Positions 23,641-35,117 are shown, counted from the whole stretch's first letter. The stretch: DNA of 63,912 bases, filler included, from Craspedostauros australis (GCA_030167865.1; 19 parts of 19 records of this genome joined end to end with filler, not necessarily neighbours in it); one strand, 5' to 3'. Notes: generated by a model not told the origin, from the letters alone. Made by a program: numbers and translations.

Positions 23641-26271
23641 ATGAAGAACGAAGCAAGGACATCAACATCAACATCAACTATTTCATCCACTGTATCAACA
23701 ACAGGCAAGTCGCAGATACTCCAACCTTCGAATATTCGCACAAACACAGACTACCATTCAAACACAAGCGCAGAAACAGACGTCGGAGTTCACAGAGGCG
23801 ATCGACCGAAGAAGACAAAGAAGGGCAACCCTGGCAAACGAGCATCTCGGCGCAGAAGCAACGAGAGCACAGGCAGCCACTCTCGCAACCCACCGCAGCC
23901 GGAAGCCGAGTCGGACCACACGGAAGCAACGGCCTGGTCTTCCTCCAACTGCGACTTCGATTTCCCTCCTCCCAGTCCCACTGGAAGTCCCACTGCAATC
24001 CCATCTGCCAGTCCAGCCGTAAGTCCAACGACGAGCACCTCACGAACAAGGCCAAAAGCCAAAGTCCACTTTGAGACCAGCCGCCAACGGCATCGCAGAG
24101 CGAGCATCGGAGGTTCTGCGGGACGAGACAGAAGTGGAATCGATCTCGTGGCTCCCTTGACATCGCCGAACATGACGAAGAAGGTCCGTTCCTCGGATGC
24201 CGCCAACGCGGATGCCCTGCTGCCTCCCAAAACGCCAAAGTCGTCCTCTTCCTCCAAAAAGAAGAAATCCCGCCGCGCTTCGACCGGCTTCACCGGCCGC
24301 ACGGATGACGCAGACGAGAATGCCGGCGCTCCCCTCCTCACGGCAACCCCCAGCAGGCGCCAGCTCAAAATGAAGGTCGCCAGCAACCGCCACGTCGTCT
24401 CGCATAGCTTGGGCAAGCACGGCATTCCGACGGTCGATCTCAATGGCGACGCCTTCGCCCCGCCGCCGGTTTCCGCCACGAGGACGTCGCGGAAGAAGAG
24501 CATCAGCATGTCGGGCACCTCCGACGACAGGGGCTCCTCACGTCACAGACGCAGTATTCTCACCGGCGCTGCACCAGCTGCCCGAGAGCACAGCAAGCGC
24601 AGCGGGCGCAGGACCATGCCGCTGGAAGGAATGGCGGGAGAGACGCACGACTCATCCTTGCCCGCCAAACAACCGCAATCGTCCGGTAAGGCGAGGCGAC
24701 GCAGATCGATACAGTACGAACCGACACAGGAGACCCAGGAAGGCGACGCCGATGACGATGGCGAGGATCGCGATCGCTCCAGACGCAGCAAATCCAGGAC
24801 CAAAACGCGCAGCAAGTCCAAGGCGCGCAAGTCCAAGGACGGCGCAGACGAAGGCAAGCGAAGGAAGCGAGCGACCTCCGTGTCGGCCAAGAGAAATCGA
24901 TCACCATCAAGACGGAAACGCAGCGAGGCCGCCATGCGCGCCGAGGAGGAACTGGAGAAATCGCCCGTCGTCAAAGAAACGGAAACCGAGAACTGCAAGG
25001 AGGAGCTCAAGAGGCCCACTTCGGCCAATACGACGACGACCGCAAGCACCACCGCGAGCGCCAGCACAGTGACAGGCAGGATGGGTGCAGAATCCAGATC
25101 GCGCGCTCCCCAAATTCCCAGGCGGCAACTCAGCGTGGAAGACGCGCTGGAGGATTTCTCGCCCCTCACGGACGCGGGCGCCACCGCCAACGACGACAAG
25201 GACGCAGACATGATCAAGTCGCTGCAGGACCAGCTGTCGGACATGCATCACAGAGTCCGTGAAGTGACGGACCGGCATCGCCAGGATAAGACGGACGCCG
25301 ACAAGATCCGGGCCGAGCTCATCCACCTCAAGATCGAACATCAGAAGTCCAAGTCGGAACGGCTGGATCTGGCGTTGGAGCTGGAGCAGTCCGAATCGAC
25401 CATCAACGAGAAGAACCGCAAGATCGAGGTGCTGGAGAAGGCGGTCGAGTCGCAGCTCGATCAGGTGGACGAGCTCACCATGGAGCTTGAGCGTGCCAAC
25501 GAGGACGTCGCGGATCTGGAGGATCAGATCGCCGGCCTCGAGGAGAAGATGGATGAGACATCGCCGGGCGAATCTCAGCGCCACCAGCAGCAGCAGAATG
25601 ACATGGACGATCGTCAGAGACGGTTGGATCAGTACGAGCAGGAGCTGGAGGACCGCGAGGACGCCCTCAAAATGAAGGAGACCTACATGGCGAACGAGAC
25701 CATCCAGAGGCAGCAGGAGGAAATCGAGCAGCTCAGGAAGCAGCTGCAGGCGATGGCGGGCGGCGATGCAACCGTCCTGGCATCCATCGACGCGCAGCAG
25801 GAACTGACGAAGGTGAAGGCGACGCACGCATCCGACCTGCAAAAGAAGGATGACACGATCGCCTTCCTGAAGTTGGAGGTGGAGAAGTCCAAATCCGGTG
25901 ACACCAACGGCGACGCACGCAAGAAATCCAACACCCTCGTCCACGTCGCCACCAGCAAGTACGAAAGCGAGCGGCAGCGCAACCGCATGCTGGAGGAGGA
26001 CATCGAGCACTGGAAGTCGGTGAACTGCGATCTCGAGAACGACCTGGACATGTACAAGGCCGAAGCCGCCGAATGGCGACATAAGTACGAACGCGCGACC
26101 GCCGGCGACGGCAGCATCCCAGCCAACTACACCAACGCATCCGCTCGCAGCGTGATGGACGATGAGATGAGCCAACGGTCCGGCATTGGCAAGATTTGGA
26201 ACCGCTTCGTGACGCCGCAACAGGAGCGATGCAAATCAGTGGCGGGGGATCTGTCGACGACCATTCATTGA
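23641..26271 (+). CDS. Disordered basic N-terminus plus coiled-coil protein (paralog of the next gene)
   Basis: 876-aa ORF with an S/R/K-rich N-half and a heptad-rich E/Q/L C-half. Ends with EEDIEHWKSVNCDLENDL and IGKIWNRFVTP. Confidence 0.85.
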   Translation: MKNEARTSTSTSTISSTVSTTGKSQILQPSNIRTNTDYHSNTSAETDVGVHRGDRPKKTKKGNPGKRASRRRSNESTGSHSRNPPQPEAESDHTEATAWSSSNCDFDFPPPSPTGSPTAIPSASPAVSPTTSTSRTRPKAKVHFETSRQRHRRASIGGSAGRDRSGIDLVAPLTSPNMTKKVRSSDAANADALLPPKTPKSSSSSKKKKSRRASTGFTGRTDDADENAGAPLLTATPSRRQLKMKVASNRHVVSHSLGKHGIPTVDLNGDAFAPPPVSATRTSRKKSISMSGTSDDRGSSRHRRSILTGAAPAAREHSKRSGRRTMPLEGMAGETHDSSLPAKQPQSSGKARRRRSIQYEPTQETQEGDADDDGEDRDRSRRSKSRTKTRSKSKARKSKDGADEGKRRKRATSVSAKRNRSPSRRKRSEAAMRAEEELEKSPVVKETETENCKEELKRPTSANTTTTASTTASASTVTGRMGAESRSRAPQIPRRQLSVEDALEDFSPLTDAGATANDDKDADMIKSLQDQLSDMHHRVREVTDRHRQDKTDADKIRAELIHLKIEHQKSKSERLDLALELEQSESTINEKNRKIEVLEKAVESQLDQVDELTMELERANEDVADLEDQIAGLEEKMDETSPGESQRHQQQQNDMDDRQRRLDQYEQELEDREDALKMKETYMANETIQRQQEEIEQLRKQLQAMAGGDATVLASIDAQQELTKVKATHASDLQKKDDTIAFLKLEVEKSKSGDTNGDARKKSNTLVHVATSKYESERQRNRMLEEDIEHWKSVNCDLENDLDMYKAEAAEWRHKYERATAGDGSIPANYTNASARSVMDDEMSQRSGIGKIWNRFVTPQQERCKSVAGDLSTTIH

Positions 26272-27033
26272 TGTTGTTACAATACCATCTGCATTAAATT
26301 AGACGAGTATGTAGAGTACAATTGCAAGACGCCTTGTCGTTGTGCGCTATGTAGTGTGCATGTGCGAGATTAGTCGTACACACGAGCTGCTGGACTCTGC
26401 TCTAGTTCGTGGAGCATAGTTTGGTTGAGGAGTCAATCTCGCGTTGCCGACAGTTGCCTTCACAACGCGTTGGGCATGGATGAGATGCTGGCTGTCGGAG
26501 GGCCGATTTTGGCTGGGTTGGCCCAACGCCGAAGAATTATCCCGAACGGCGAATGACCACGTTTTTGTCGAGTGAACAAACCGCGCTTCTTGTGTCCAAA
26601 AGGGCGGATCTCGCCGTTTCCCCGAAACCAGGTTGCTGATCGAGCGTACTTTGTGTCACACGAAGAGGCAAAAGCCTTTGGTGCAGGCGGTCATCCCGTG
26701 CACGTGCGCCTCCATCCCCTGTTTCTCCTCTTTCCCAATCAACCACAGGATCGCATTCCGACTGGCCGACACCAAATCACACCAAGAGGTACCACAACAC
26801 AGCACAACACAACACAACACAACACAATTGGCAACACACAACACAAAGCAAGACGCAAGAGTCCCCAGTTCTGCCAACGACGACGGCGGCGGACATCATT
26901 CTCATCACCTGCCAGCATTGTCCCTCACACGAGCAGCTCGTACATACTCATACCAATCCCATAGGTCATTCTGTTCGTGGCACCAACAAGCAGAAGCAGA
27001 CAATCGGGGCACAGACCTGCGAGCAGAGCCAAG

Positions 27034-30000
27034 ATGGGAGAGGAAGAAACGACGACGACGGCGAAGAAGAAAAAGACCCAGCGCAGGTCCGTGTTCGGCG
27101 CTCTGAAGAGGCAGGGTTCCTCAGGTGACCAAGATGATCAGAGCAAGGACGATGATCTGGAGGACCGTCTCGACGATGCCTACGCCTACGAAGATGCCAG
27201 CCACGACAGCGACGGCGGCATCCCCCCTCACATCGATGCCAAGCATTCCAAGAACAGCAACACGACCACCAGCAGCAGCAACGACGACGATGTTGACAAC
27301 GTTGACAACGACAAAGATGATGATAATGACGATGACGACATCTTCCAAAAGTTCGCCGCCGGTGGACATTACACCAACGCGATGCCGCCCGATCAGCCGC
27401 AGGAACGAGGACGGGCCCGCGGCAGACGTCCGTCCTTCCAATCGATGCTGTCTGGCGTCAGCCTGGGACGCAACGAGCGACATGGCGATGACGGACGCTC
27501 CAGATCGCGTTCGAGGTCCATGTCGGTCACCAGAGTGCTCAAGAAGCTCATTCCTGGCCGTCGCAAGAGCAAGGATGGCAAGAAGGACAAGTTCAAGGAG
27601 AAGAAGGCAGCCAAGGAAAAGGAAAAGCCCAAAGACAAAGACAAGAAGAAGACCAGCGGGAAAGCCAAGGACAAGGCCAAATCCAGGAGCAAGAGCAAGG
27701 ACAGCGGTCTGACCACGGACGACGATGACCTGGAGGACAAGGACCCTGACTGCGGCTACGAGTACGACCAGGATCTCAACAACAGCCCGTCGGGTGGCTC
27801 GGCGAAGGCACCCAAAAAGCTCAAGAAGATCGGAAAGAAGAACAAGTCCAAGAACAACAAACATTCCGACAGCGCATCCGTCGGTTCCATCTCCCTGGGA
27901 GCAGCCTCCTACCACCATGACGGCACGGGAGCACCGCGCAAGCGCAAGAAGGGAAAACGACGCAAGGGCTCCAAGAGCATGCACCAGCGCAGCGTCAGCA
28001 TCAACAACGATTCCAACAACACCTCCCTCTCGTCGCTCCAATTCACAAATGATAACATCTCCGTGCGATCGGTTCGATCCGACATCAGCGACCTGCAATC
28101 TCCGCCCATGCGGCGCAAGAGAAAGAGCAAGGTGGCATCCAGACGATCCAGCAATGCCTCGCAACGGAGCAACCCCATCAACGACGTGGAAGCAGATCAG
28201 GAGCGTGCCAAGGCCACCCTCGAACGCAGGGTCAAGGCCATGCAGCACGGGAAACCACCGCTGACGCCAAAACGATCGGAGATGTCCAAGACCGATTCGT
28301 CAAGTCATGGCGTTGGCAGTTCCTCTTCCGACAGAAGCGATGAACAGGATCAGCAACGAAATGAACAGCAGCAGAAGGAGGACGATCAAAATGACCAATC
28401 GCAACAACCTGCCTCGGTCAACACCATTAACGCCCAGCTCGTGCAGAAGCAGGAGGCGGATATCGAACTCCTTCAGCACGCGCTGCACGACGCGACGTCC
28501 AAGATGATCGATCAGGCGGAACAACTGGAGACGGAAAAGCACCAGCACCAGCAGGTTGCGCAGTCCTACGACGATGCCAAGCAGCAGCTGGCACGAGTTA
28601 CGCAGCAGTTGGAAGCGGCCCAGCTCGAACAGGACGACACCCGCGTCAAGTCGCTCGAAAGAGATCTGGAAGCACAGCGTGACACGATCGCATCGCTGCA
28701 GGACAACTTGCGGCATGCCAACGAAGAGGCCCAGCGAGCGGAGACGCAACGTGCGCGGGAGGATTCGCAGCCGGAAGAGCTGCTGCAACATCAGGCCCAG
28801 CAGGACGAGATCGCCCAGCAAAAGGAACAGGAGATGCAACAGCGACTCGCAAAGCTGGAGGAGCGGGAGCGAAATGTGAAGGAGCAGGAGGAGGAGTTGC
28901 GCGCTCGCAACACAGCGCTGGAGAAGTTGCAAGATCTCGAGACGTCGCTGCAGGGGCGCAATGAGAAGGTGGAAGAGATGGAAGCAGCGCAGCGAACGCA
29001 GCAGGAACAGATGTCCAAGGAAATGGACCAGCTGCGCACACAGTTGGACAGCAGCAAGGCTCTGGTGACAGAGCTGCAGACGCAAGCAGAAGAAACCGAG
29101 CAGCGTCAGCGCATGCAGTCGGATGAAGCCGAAGCAGCGAGGGAGGCCAAGCTGCAGGAACTGTTGCTCAAGCAAAAGCAAACAGAACAAACGCACGCGG
29201 AGCAGGCATCGAACCTCATCGAGCTGCAACTGTTGAATGAAGAGATGGACCAGGAGCTGCAGATACTCAAACGGGAGCGCAAGGAATTGGTATCGCAGCA
29301 GGATCAGGAGATTCAGAAGATGGAGTTGCAGTTCGCCAAGGACCGGACCCGCATGGATGAGGAAACGAGTCTCCTCAAGGAGGAGCTCGTTGGTCAGATC
29401 ACCGAGCTCAAGGAGGAACGCACGCAGCTCGAAGAGAAGTTGCATGACGCGGAGCGGAAGCACCAGGAGGAAATGGCGAAAAAGACAGACGAAATCAGCG
29501 AGCTGCAGAAGACCACCGACGAACTCAAGGCCTCATTGGAGGATGGCCGCAAGGATGATGACGAGTACATCAACGACCTGTTGCAAGAAATCGAATCGCT
29601 GAAGAAATCGAATGATTCCATCCCCGGCATCCGCGAAGAGCTGGAGGAGATCATCATCGAACTGGAGAACAAGGAGGCCCTCGTCCTGGATCTGCAGAAG
29701 GAAGTTGCGGATCTCAATGACGATCTGGACAAGGAGATCGAACGCAGCGAGGAAGCGGTCAAGGCAGCCAACGCAGATCGGGATCCTGAGTCGCAAGAGT
29801 TCCTCGAACTCGAGGAAGAGCTCGCCAAGGTGAGAGAGCTGAGGAAGATCGAGCAGCAGGAAGCGGAGATGCAGCTCCAGAACAAGACCGCCACCATCGT
29901 GCTGCTGCAGGACCAGCTGACGGAGATCACTGCGAAAGCAAAAAAGGATGCCGGACGCACCGCAAAGGAACGCGTCGCCAACGGCAATTCCAAGGCGCGC

Positions 30001-30561
30001 CTGGAGCATCTGGAGGACGAGATCGATCACTGGAAATCCGTGAACTGCGAATTGGAGGACGAGCTGGCCTTGTGGAAGGATCGAACCGAGGTCTGGAAGG
30101 AGAGGGCATTCGATCATGGATTCGAATCCAAGGAAGTCAGCGACTTGGACAGTCTGGGCGAAGGCAGCAGAGACAGTGGCGATGACAGCATGTGCGGCGA
30201 GAAGGACTTCCTGAACACCTCGGTGAGCTCCGACATCAGCCAAGGCAGCGTGTCGCTCAGAAGCAGCAAGACGAATACGAACACGAACACGAACACGAAC
30301 ATGAACATGAATACGCACAGCAACGCCAACAGCGCCAACAGCAGCGTCAGGTCGTCAAGATCCACGCGCACGGCCAATGGCGCCGCCGGCGGTAACCCGG
30401 AATCACCTGGCGTTAGTAGCATGCGGGGTGGCCACGCCTTGGCCAACATCTGGAACGCTCTGACGGCGACGCCCAAGCGGCACCAGAAACAGCAGCAACT
30501 GCAGCAGCAGCAGGCCATGGGAATACCGTACACCAGGAGCCTCGACGAGGATGAGGATTAA
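27034..30561 (+). CDS. Disordered N-terminus plus long coiled-coil protein (paralog of the preceding gene)
   Basis: ~1175-aa ORF from ATG 27034 with the same architecture. Contains EDEIDHWKSVNCELEDEL and LANIWNALTATP. Confidence 0.85.
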   Translation: MGEEETTTTAKKKKTQRRSVFGALKRQGSSGDQDDQSKDDDLEDRLDDAYAYEDASHDSDGGIPPHIDAKHSKNSNTTTSSSNDDDVDNVDNDKDDDNDDDDIFQKFAAGGHYTNAMPPDQPQERGRARGRRPSFQSMLSGVSLGRNERHGDDGRSRSRSRSMSVTRVLKKLIPGRRKSKDGKKDKFKEKKAAKEKEKPKDKDKKKTSGKAKDKAKSRSKSKDSGLTTDDDDLEDKDPDCGYEYDQDLNNSPSGGSAKAPKKLKKIGKKNKSKNNKHSDSASVGSISLGAASYHHDGTGAPRKRKKGKRRKGSKSMHQRSVSINNDSNNTSLSSLQFTNDNISVRSVRSDISDLQSPPMRRKRKSKVASRRSSNASQRSNPINDVEADQERAKATLERRVKAMQHGKPPLTPKRSEMSKTDSSSHGVGSSSSDRSDEQDQQRNEQQQKEDDQNDQSQQPASVNTINAQLVQKQEADIELLQHALHDATSKMIDQAEQLETEKHQHQQVAQSYDDAKQQLARVTQQLEAAQLEQDDTRVKSLERDLEAQRDTIASLQDNLRHANEEAQRAETQRAREDSQPEELLQHQAQQDEIAQQKEQEMQQRLAKLEERERNVKEQEEELRARNTALEKLQDLETSLQGRNEKVEEMEAAQRTQQEQMSKEMDQLRTQLDSSKALVTELQTQAEETEQRQRMQSDEAEAAREAKLQELLLKQKQTEQTHAEQASNLIELQLLNEEMDQELQILKRERKELVSQQDQEIQKMELQFAKDRTRMDEETSLLKEELVGQITELKEERTQLEEKLHDAERKHQEEMAKKTDEISELQKTTDELKASLEDGRKDDDEYINDLLQEIESLKKSNDSIPGIREELEEIIIELENKEALVLDLQKEVADLNDDLDKEIERSEEAVKAANADRDPESQEFLELEEELAKVRELRKIEQQEAEMQLQNKTATIVLLQDQLTEITAKAKKDAGRTAKERVANGNSKARLEHLEDEIDHWKSVNCELEDELALWKDRTEVWKERAFDHGFESKEVSDLDSLGEGSRDSGDDSMCGEKDFLNTSVSSDISQGSVSLRSSKTNTNTNTNTNMNMNTHSNANSANSSVRSSRSTRTANGAAGGNPESPGVSSMRGGHALANIWNALTATPKRHQKQQQLQQQQAMGIPYTRSLDEDED

Positions 30562-31236
30562 CTCGCCAAAGCAAGAGCGCTCCGAGAGAGTACTGCACGA
30601 GCCATTCGTTCGGTACCGTACATGGTGTGATTACAAGTATTTAATAATATAATCCACGTACTCGTAGAATGTTATCATCACATCCATAGCTCGTAGCGCA
30701 GACTGAACCCTCTCTTGAACGGTGCTTTGCTCTCTCCATAGTCCCTCCCTGTCTCTCTGGAGAGAGAGGGTATTTGGTTGCGTGTCACTTGTGTAGGTAC
30801 ACGTGGTAGTATTGTTGGAATGGTTGGGGGAGGCTACAAATACGAGCTAGAGAGAGAGACAGTCCGACGTCTTGATGCTTGACCGGTTCGAGTGAAAGTC
30901 TTCGAGAGGTTGAGCCATCCGAATCAAAAAGATGACAAGAACACAGAAACGAGGATGTCGTCTGATGCGGCGGACCAACAATGCTGTCCCACAGACCACG
31001 AGTCGCTGCCGACGCTCAACTCAACCATGGCACTGCCACAACAACATTGCACACATCATCTTTCCTCTCCCACCCAAGCGAGAGAGAGAGAGTCGGTGTT
31101 GCTGCAACAGTGCAGTGGCAGTCCAACAGAGTATGCACAGAGGAGAGTAAGATAGAGTGATCCAATTCTCTGCGTGCATCCAGCAACCTTCCCACCCAAG
31201 GTTCAACAACAAGAACATCACCCGAAGCAACATGAG

Positions 31237-31933
31237 TGTTGGCAAGTTTCGTGATTGGTAACCTACGATCGTGGAAGATGGTGTTGGTTGATAGTCGTTC
31301 GTTTGCTATTTCATTACATTGGCTACTCCAATCCTCTCGGTGTATGCCCATTCTCTTGCATGATGCTCTCGGTGCTTCAATCTGTTTTGTAGATTCAGTC
31401 TCCGACTATGAGTCAGCGTGCGAGATGCTCTCTTGCTGCTCTTCGTATTCTCTCTCTGTCTCTCACCATCGTGTGCTTGTGCTACACGATACTCCGTGTT
31501 TGATGCGTACTCCGCATTTGACACTCCGTTCAGTCAATACTGGCTCCTACTCCATGAGTACTTACCATTTGAAGTTCACCTTCAGTATCCATGATCCTGA
31601 TGTCCTTCGGTCATCGGATCTTCACCTCCTGCTCTGACTTGGAGACAGATGTCAACGTGGTGACACGATGACATCCTGTCAACGTCAGTAGGCGTCCTTC
31701 TGCTCTCCAGATGTCACGTTCCATTGGTGATGCAGTAGTCTGTCAGATGATATCGTCATCTGAGGTTTAGTTGGGAAGTACCTCGAGATTCTCTTGGTAC
31801 CATTGATGCATGGACGGACGATCTTCCAATTCTCTCAGAAATCGTTATTTGCAAATTTCCTCCAGAAATCTTGCCCCTTTTCGTGTGTTCCGTTTCCCCT
31901 GTAATTCTGACGAATCACATTATACTATCGACA
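31237..31933. mobile_element. Probable LTR (TGTTGG...TCGACA), same family as 7905-8332; right boundary tentative
   Basis: Shared TG-initiated boundary with the 7905 copy. Candidate end ACTATCGACA is an imperfect inverted match. No target-site duplication found. Confidence 0.6.
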
Positions 31934-32493
31934 CGAATGTAGTTATACCGTCAAAGTGCGTATGAGAGAATAAGGGGTGAACGATGCACATATACTTGTA
32001 CATCTCGACATATACTCACATGTACATCTCGACACACGTGTACGAGTATGCATGAAGCATGGTTCATGAGAAATGGGGCCGCGGTGGGTGTTCGGACTTG
32101 GGCAGGATCTATCTGGACCATGCACAACAATGCCACAAGTCTGCAGCACTGCACAGGGTACTACTCCATGGGTACGTATATCCGCATGCTGCAGGCAAGA
32201 TGGCAGTGCCAAACAAAGCTACTGTGGAGACGCTGTTCTGCTTGCTGTTGTGACGAAAACAGTCATGCGTGTGTACTATACTCATGCTCAGTGGAGTATT
32301 GGTACATACGCGGGTGAGTACTCTGTGAACCTGTGTACGTCCAGAGAGCGTTTGCATTGGGGCGGGCAATTGGTGATGTGTGCGAATCTACGGGGTTCAT
32401 TCTATGTCCATTAGTTAGGATTCGGGCGTAGGCGTCGCGAATCGGTGGAGAATGCCTCGTGAATCTGCCGGCTTCGGGATAACCGTGTGATGC

Positions 32494-33096
32494 AGTTCAA
32501 GAGAGGTGTACTAATTGAAGAGTTATAACTTGTAACGATGAGGAGTAGAGTGCATTGTAGCTAATCCTTGTCTGTTTATTATGAGTTAGCTTGTAGTGTT
32601 AGTAGGGTGAAGAAACGATGCCACACAACTTGGCGAGACCCTGCACTGATGTACTTGGTTCAGTGCTCAAGGGTAGATGATCATAACAGTGCCTTGCTCT
32701 CCGCACATGTAGATACACTGTAGTATAGGCCATGACGCATGTTGGTAACAGTCATGAAGCAGTGGCTGTGGTTGGAGCTGACCCTCGGGTTCCATTGCTT
32801 GAGTTGAAGCAAGTTGGATACACACGTTGAGACTACGACAGTGATGCAGTAGTCGTCAGCATGAAGGGAATCGAGGTATGTTGTAGTAAGAGGATCTGAG
32901 GAGTATAGTTCCCAAGGTGAGGTGTGAGTCAGGTTGGTCATACTTGAGTCATGATGGATTCGTGAATGGAGGAGAGAAAGGAGGAGAAAAGATTTGGTGG
33001 TCGATCAAGTCGGAGGATTTCGCGCCAAAACGAGAATTTCTCCCATCTGGTTGATACCGTGTTCGGGAATAGTCTGTCCCTCATTGAATCTCAACT
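32494..33096 (-). mobile_element. Putative 3' LTR of the copia fragment, preceded by polypurine tract GAGAGGGAG (33105-33097)
   Basis: The PPT follows the RNase H ORF on the minus strand. The sequence then starts AGTTGAGA, and a candidate end TCTTGAACT lies at 32502-32494. The left boundary is inferred. Confidence 0.5.
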
Positions 33097-33762
33097 CTCC
33101 CTCTCAGTGTTGGGTCGTGATTGGAGTTGTGGTATCGATGAAAACTTCATCCTTCGTTGTTGTTTGTTGTTGTTTGGGTATTTCCAACCCATGATCTTGG
33201 ACCGCAAGTACTCGAAGACCACGATGGATAGTCCCTTCGTAAAGATGTCGGCGAGTTGCTCCGGCGTAGAGATGTGTTGAATGCAGATGAAGCCTGCCTT
33301 GACCCAGTACCAAAAGAAGTGCCACTTGGTCAAGAAGTGTTTGGTGCGTGCTGTCGGCTGATGATTGGTGGCGAGGGAAATGCAGGCTTGGTTGTCCTCG
33401 AAGACAGTGCACTGGAGGTTGGTGTGCAGCGGCATGTTGGTGCTTGCGTTTTCGATCACTTGGCGGATGAGCTGCTGAATTGGGATCAATGTTCGCATTG
33501 CCAGAGAAAGAGCGGCGTATTCAGACTCCATCGTGGACAGTGCGATCTCAGTTTGAAGCTTTGATTTCCAAATGAGAGGACATCCGCCAAGTGTGATGAG
33601 ATACCCCGTGCGTGACTTGACCGACACAGGGTCTTTGCTGTCCTCTCGTTGGTAGAGGCCTGCGAAGTCAGCGTCCACGTAGCACTTGAGATTGAGTTGC
33701 CCAGTGGGGCGAACGATGGTGCCCATGGTTTCCGTGTGCTTGAGATAGCGCATGATGCGCTT
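33091..33762 (-). mobile_element. Ty1/copia RT C-terminus and RNase H fragment
   Basis: KRIMRYLK...YVDADFAG...SRTGY...WKSKLQTEIALSTMESEY...FEDNQAC...RTKH...QLADIFTKGL...KIMGW. Confidence 0.95.
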
Positions 33763-33945
33763 GTGTCGAGATGTACATGTGAGTATACGTCAAGATGTAC
33801 GTGTATATGTGCATCGTTCACCCGCTATTCTCTCATACGCACTTGNNNNNNNNNNNNNNNNNNNNNNNNNNNNNNNNNNNNNNNNNNNNTTAATTAATTA
33901 ANNNNNNNNNNNNNNNNNNNNNNNNNNNNNNNNNNNNNNNNNNNN

Positions 33946-35017
33946 AGCCTTCAAAAGTGTGACGAGGCGCGAGATCGTGCGTTTGAGAGTGAGCATCGCC
34001 AGCAAGAAGTGGCTCTCGAAGGAAGACAGTCCTGTGTTCACTTTGCCACGTCGTGTTAGTAGCTTCGTCATCTCCTTAAATGCTGGCTTGCCCACCGGGT
34101 TGGTAGTGGTCGTCTTGTACATGTCGAATAGCGCCATGACGCTTTTTCCTCCACGATCGAAGACTGGAACGTTGTCGAATACAACTCCTTCCCACTCCAC
34201 TGCGTGGCACAAGCCAGCCTTGTACGTGGTTGTAGTGCAGAGAAAGGACACCACACCAGACAAGGCACATGCAGTCACACGGTATTGGAGAACTTTGGGA
34301 GGAATGGTTTCCCCATCGCTCAACATGTCGTGGTAACGATGCAATGTGCTAAGTTGGCTTCTAGTGACAGTTAATCTGTTTCCGTGTACACGCACGCGTT
34401 CTTCCTCCGGCAATCCATTGACGTATCCAGTGAGAATGTCTGTGCATGCTTTTGGAGATGCAGACTTCGCGAGAACGGCTCTCGCGCAGAGGTGCATGAG
34501 CTTGCTCCCTCCAACACATATGCGGAACAGATTTGGTGCAAGCGTCAGTGGTGGCAGTGGTTGCCCACCTCGGACAAATTGCACCACCTCATGCATCTGG
34601 CCAGTTGGTGTCGCTTCTTTTGGGAGCAACACACCCCAGAGCGCAGAAGCAATTGGCGCCCACAGCCGTTTGATGTTGCACCAGACTTGATTGTTGTGTT
34701 TTCCTCCAAGTGCGAATCCCGTCTTTGGCATACAGTCGAACGCTTTTGGAGAAAGGCCAGACTTAACCAAACCTGCGACGCGGACCAACGCGTCGCGACG
34801 CCATCCTCTCACCGTTTTGTTGATGATTCTGTTGCGTCCTGTTCGCTTCCTCCTGCGATCACGGCCATCCACGTAGTCGTCGTCGCTGTCAACGTCAACA
34901 TGGGTGGAAGCACCTCCAGCGACAGCGTTGGCATGTCGTGCAGTGCTTGCGCGGGTAGTTGGTTTGGCAGGAGACTCAACAGGAGGTGGCACGTTCACGC
35001 TGACGTCTACCACTGTG
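33946..35017 (-). CDS. Uncharacterised protein fragment homologous to 4957-6105; possibly transposon-encoded
   Basis: Open across the whole contig, with collinear shared blocks with the 4957-6105 ORF. Confidence 0.62.
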
Positions 35018-35117
35018 NNNNNNNNNNNNNNNNNNNNNNNNNNNNNNNNNNNNNNNNNNNNTTAATTAATTAANNNNNNNNNNNNNNNNNNNNNNNNNNN
35101 NNNNNNNNNNNNNNNNN

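Larger units (their letters stand above)
31948..33845. mobile_element. Non-autonomous TIR element (TA|CCGT terminus, ~89-bp TIRs at 31948-32036 and 33762-33845) enclosing copia-derived sequence
   Basis: 33762-33845 is the reverse complement of ~31953-32036 with few mismatches. The left end is preceded by TA and the right tip is cut by the contig end. No transposase inside. Confidence 0.65.

Noticed and set aside
24907..30318. Long antisense ORFs opposite the coiled-coil genes
   Set aside because: Shadow frames caused by GC-rich codon bias of the sense genes.
31232..31938. Target-site duplication around the 31237 LTR
   Set aside because: The flanks ATGAG and CGAAT do not match, so a clean solo LTR cannot be claimed.
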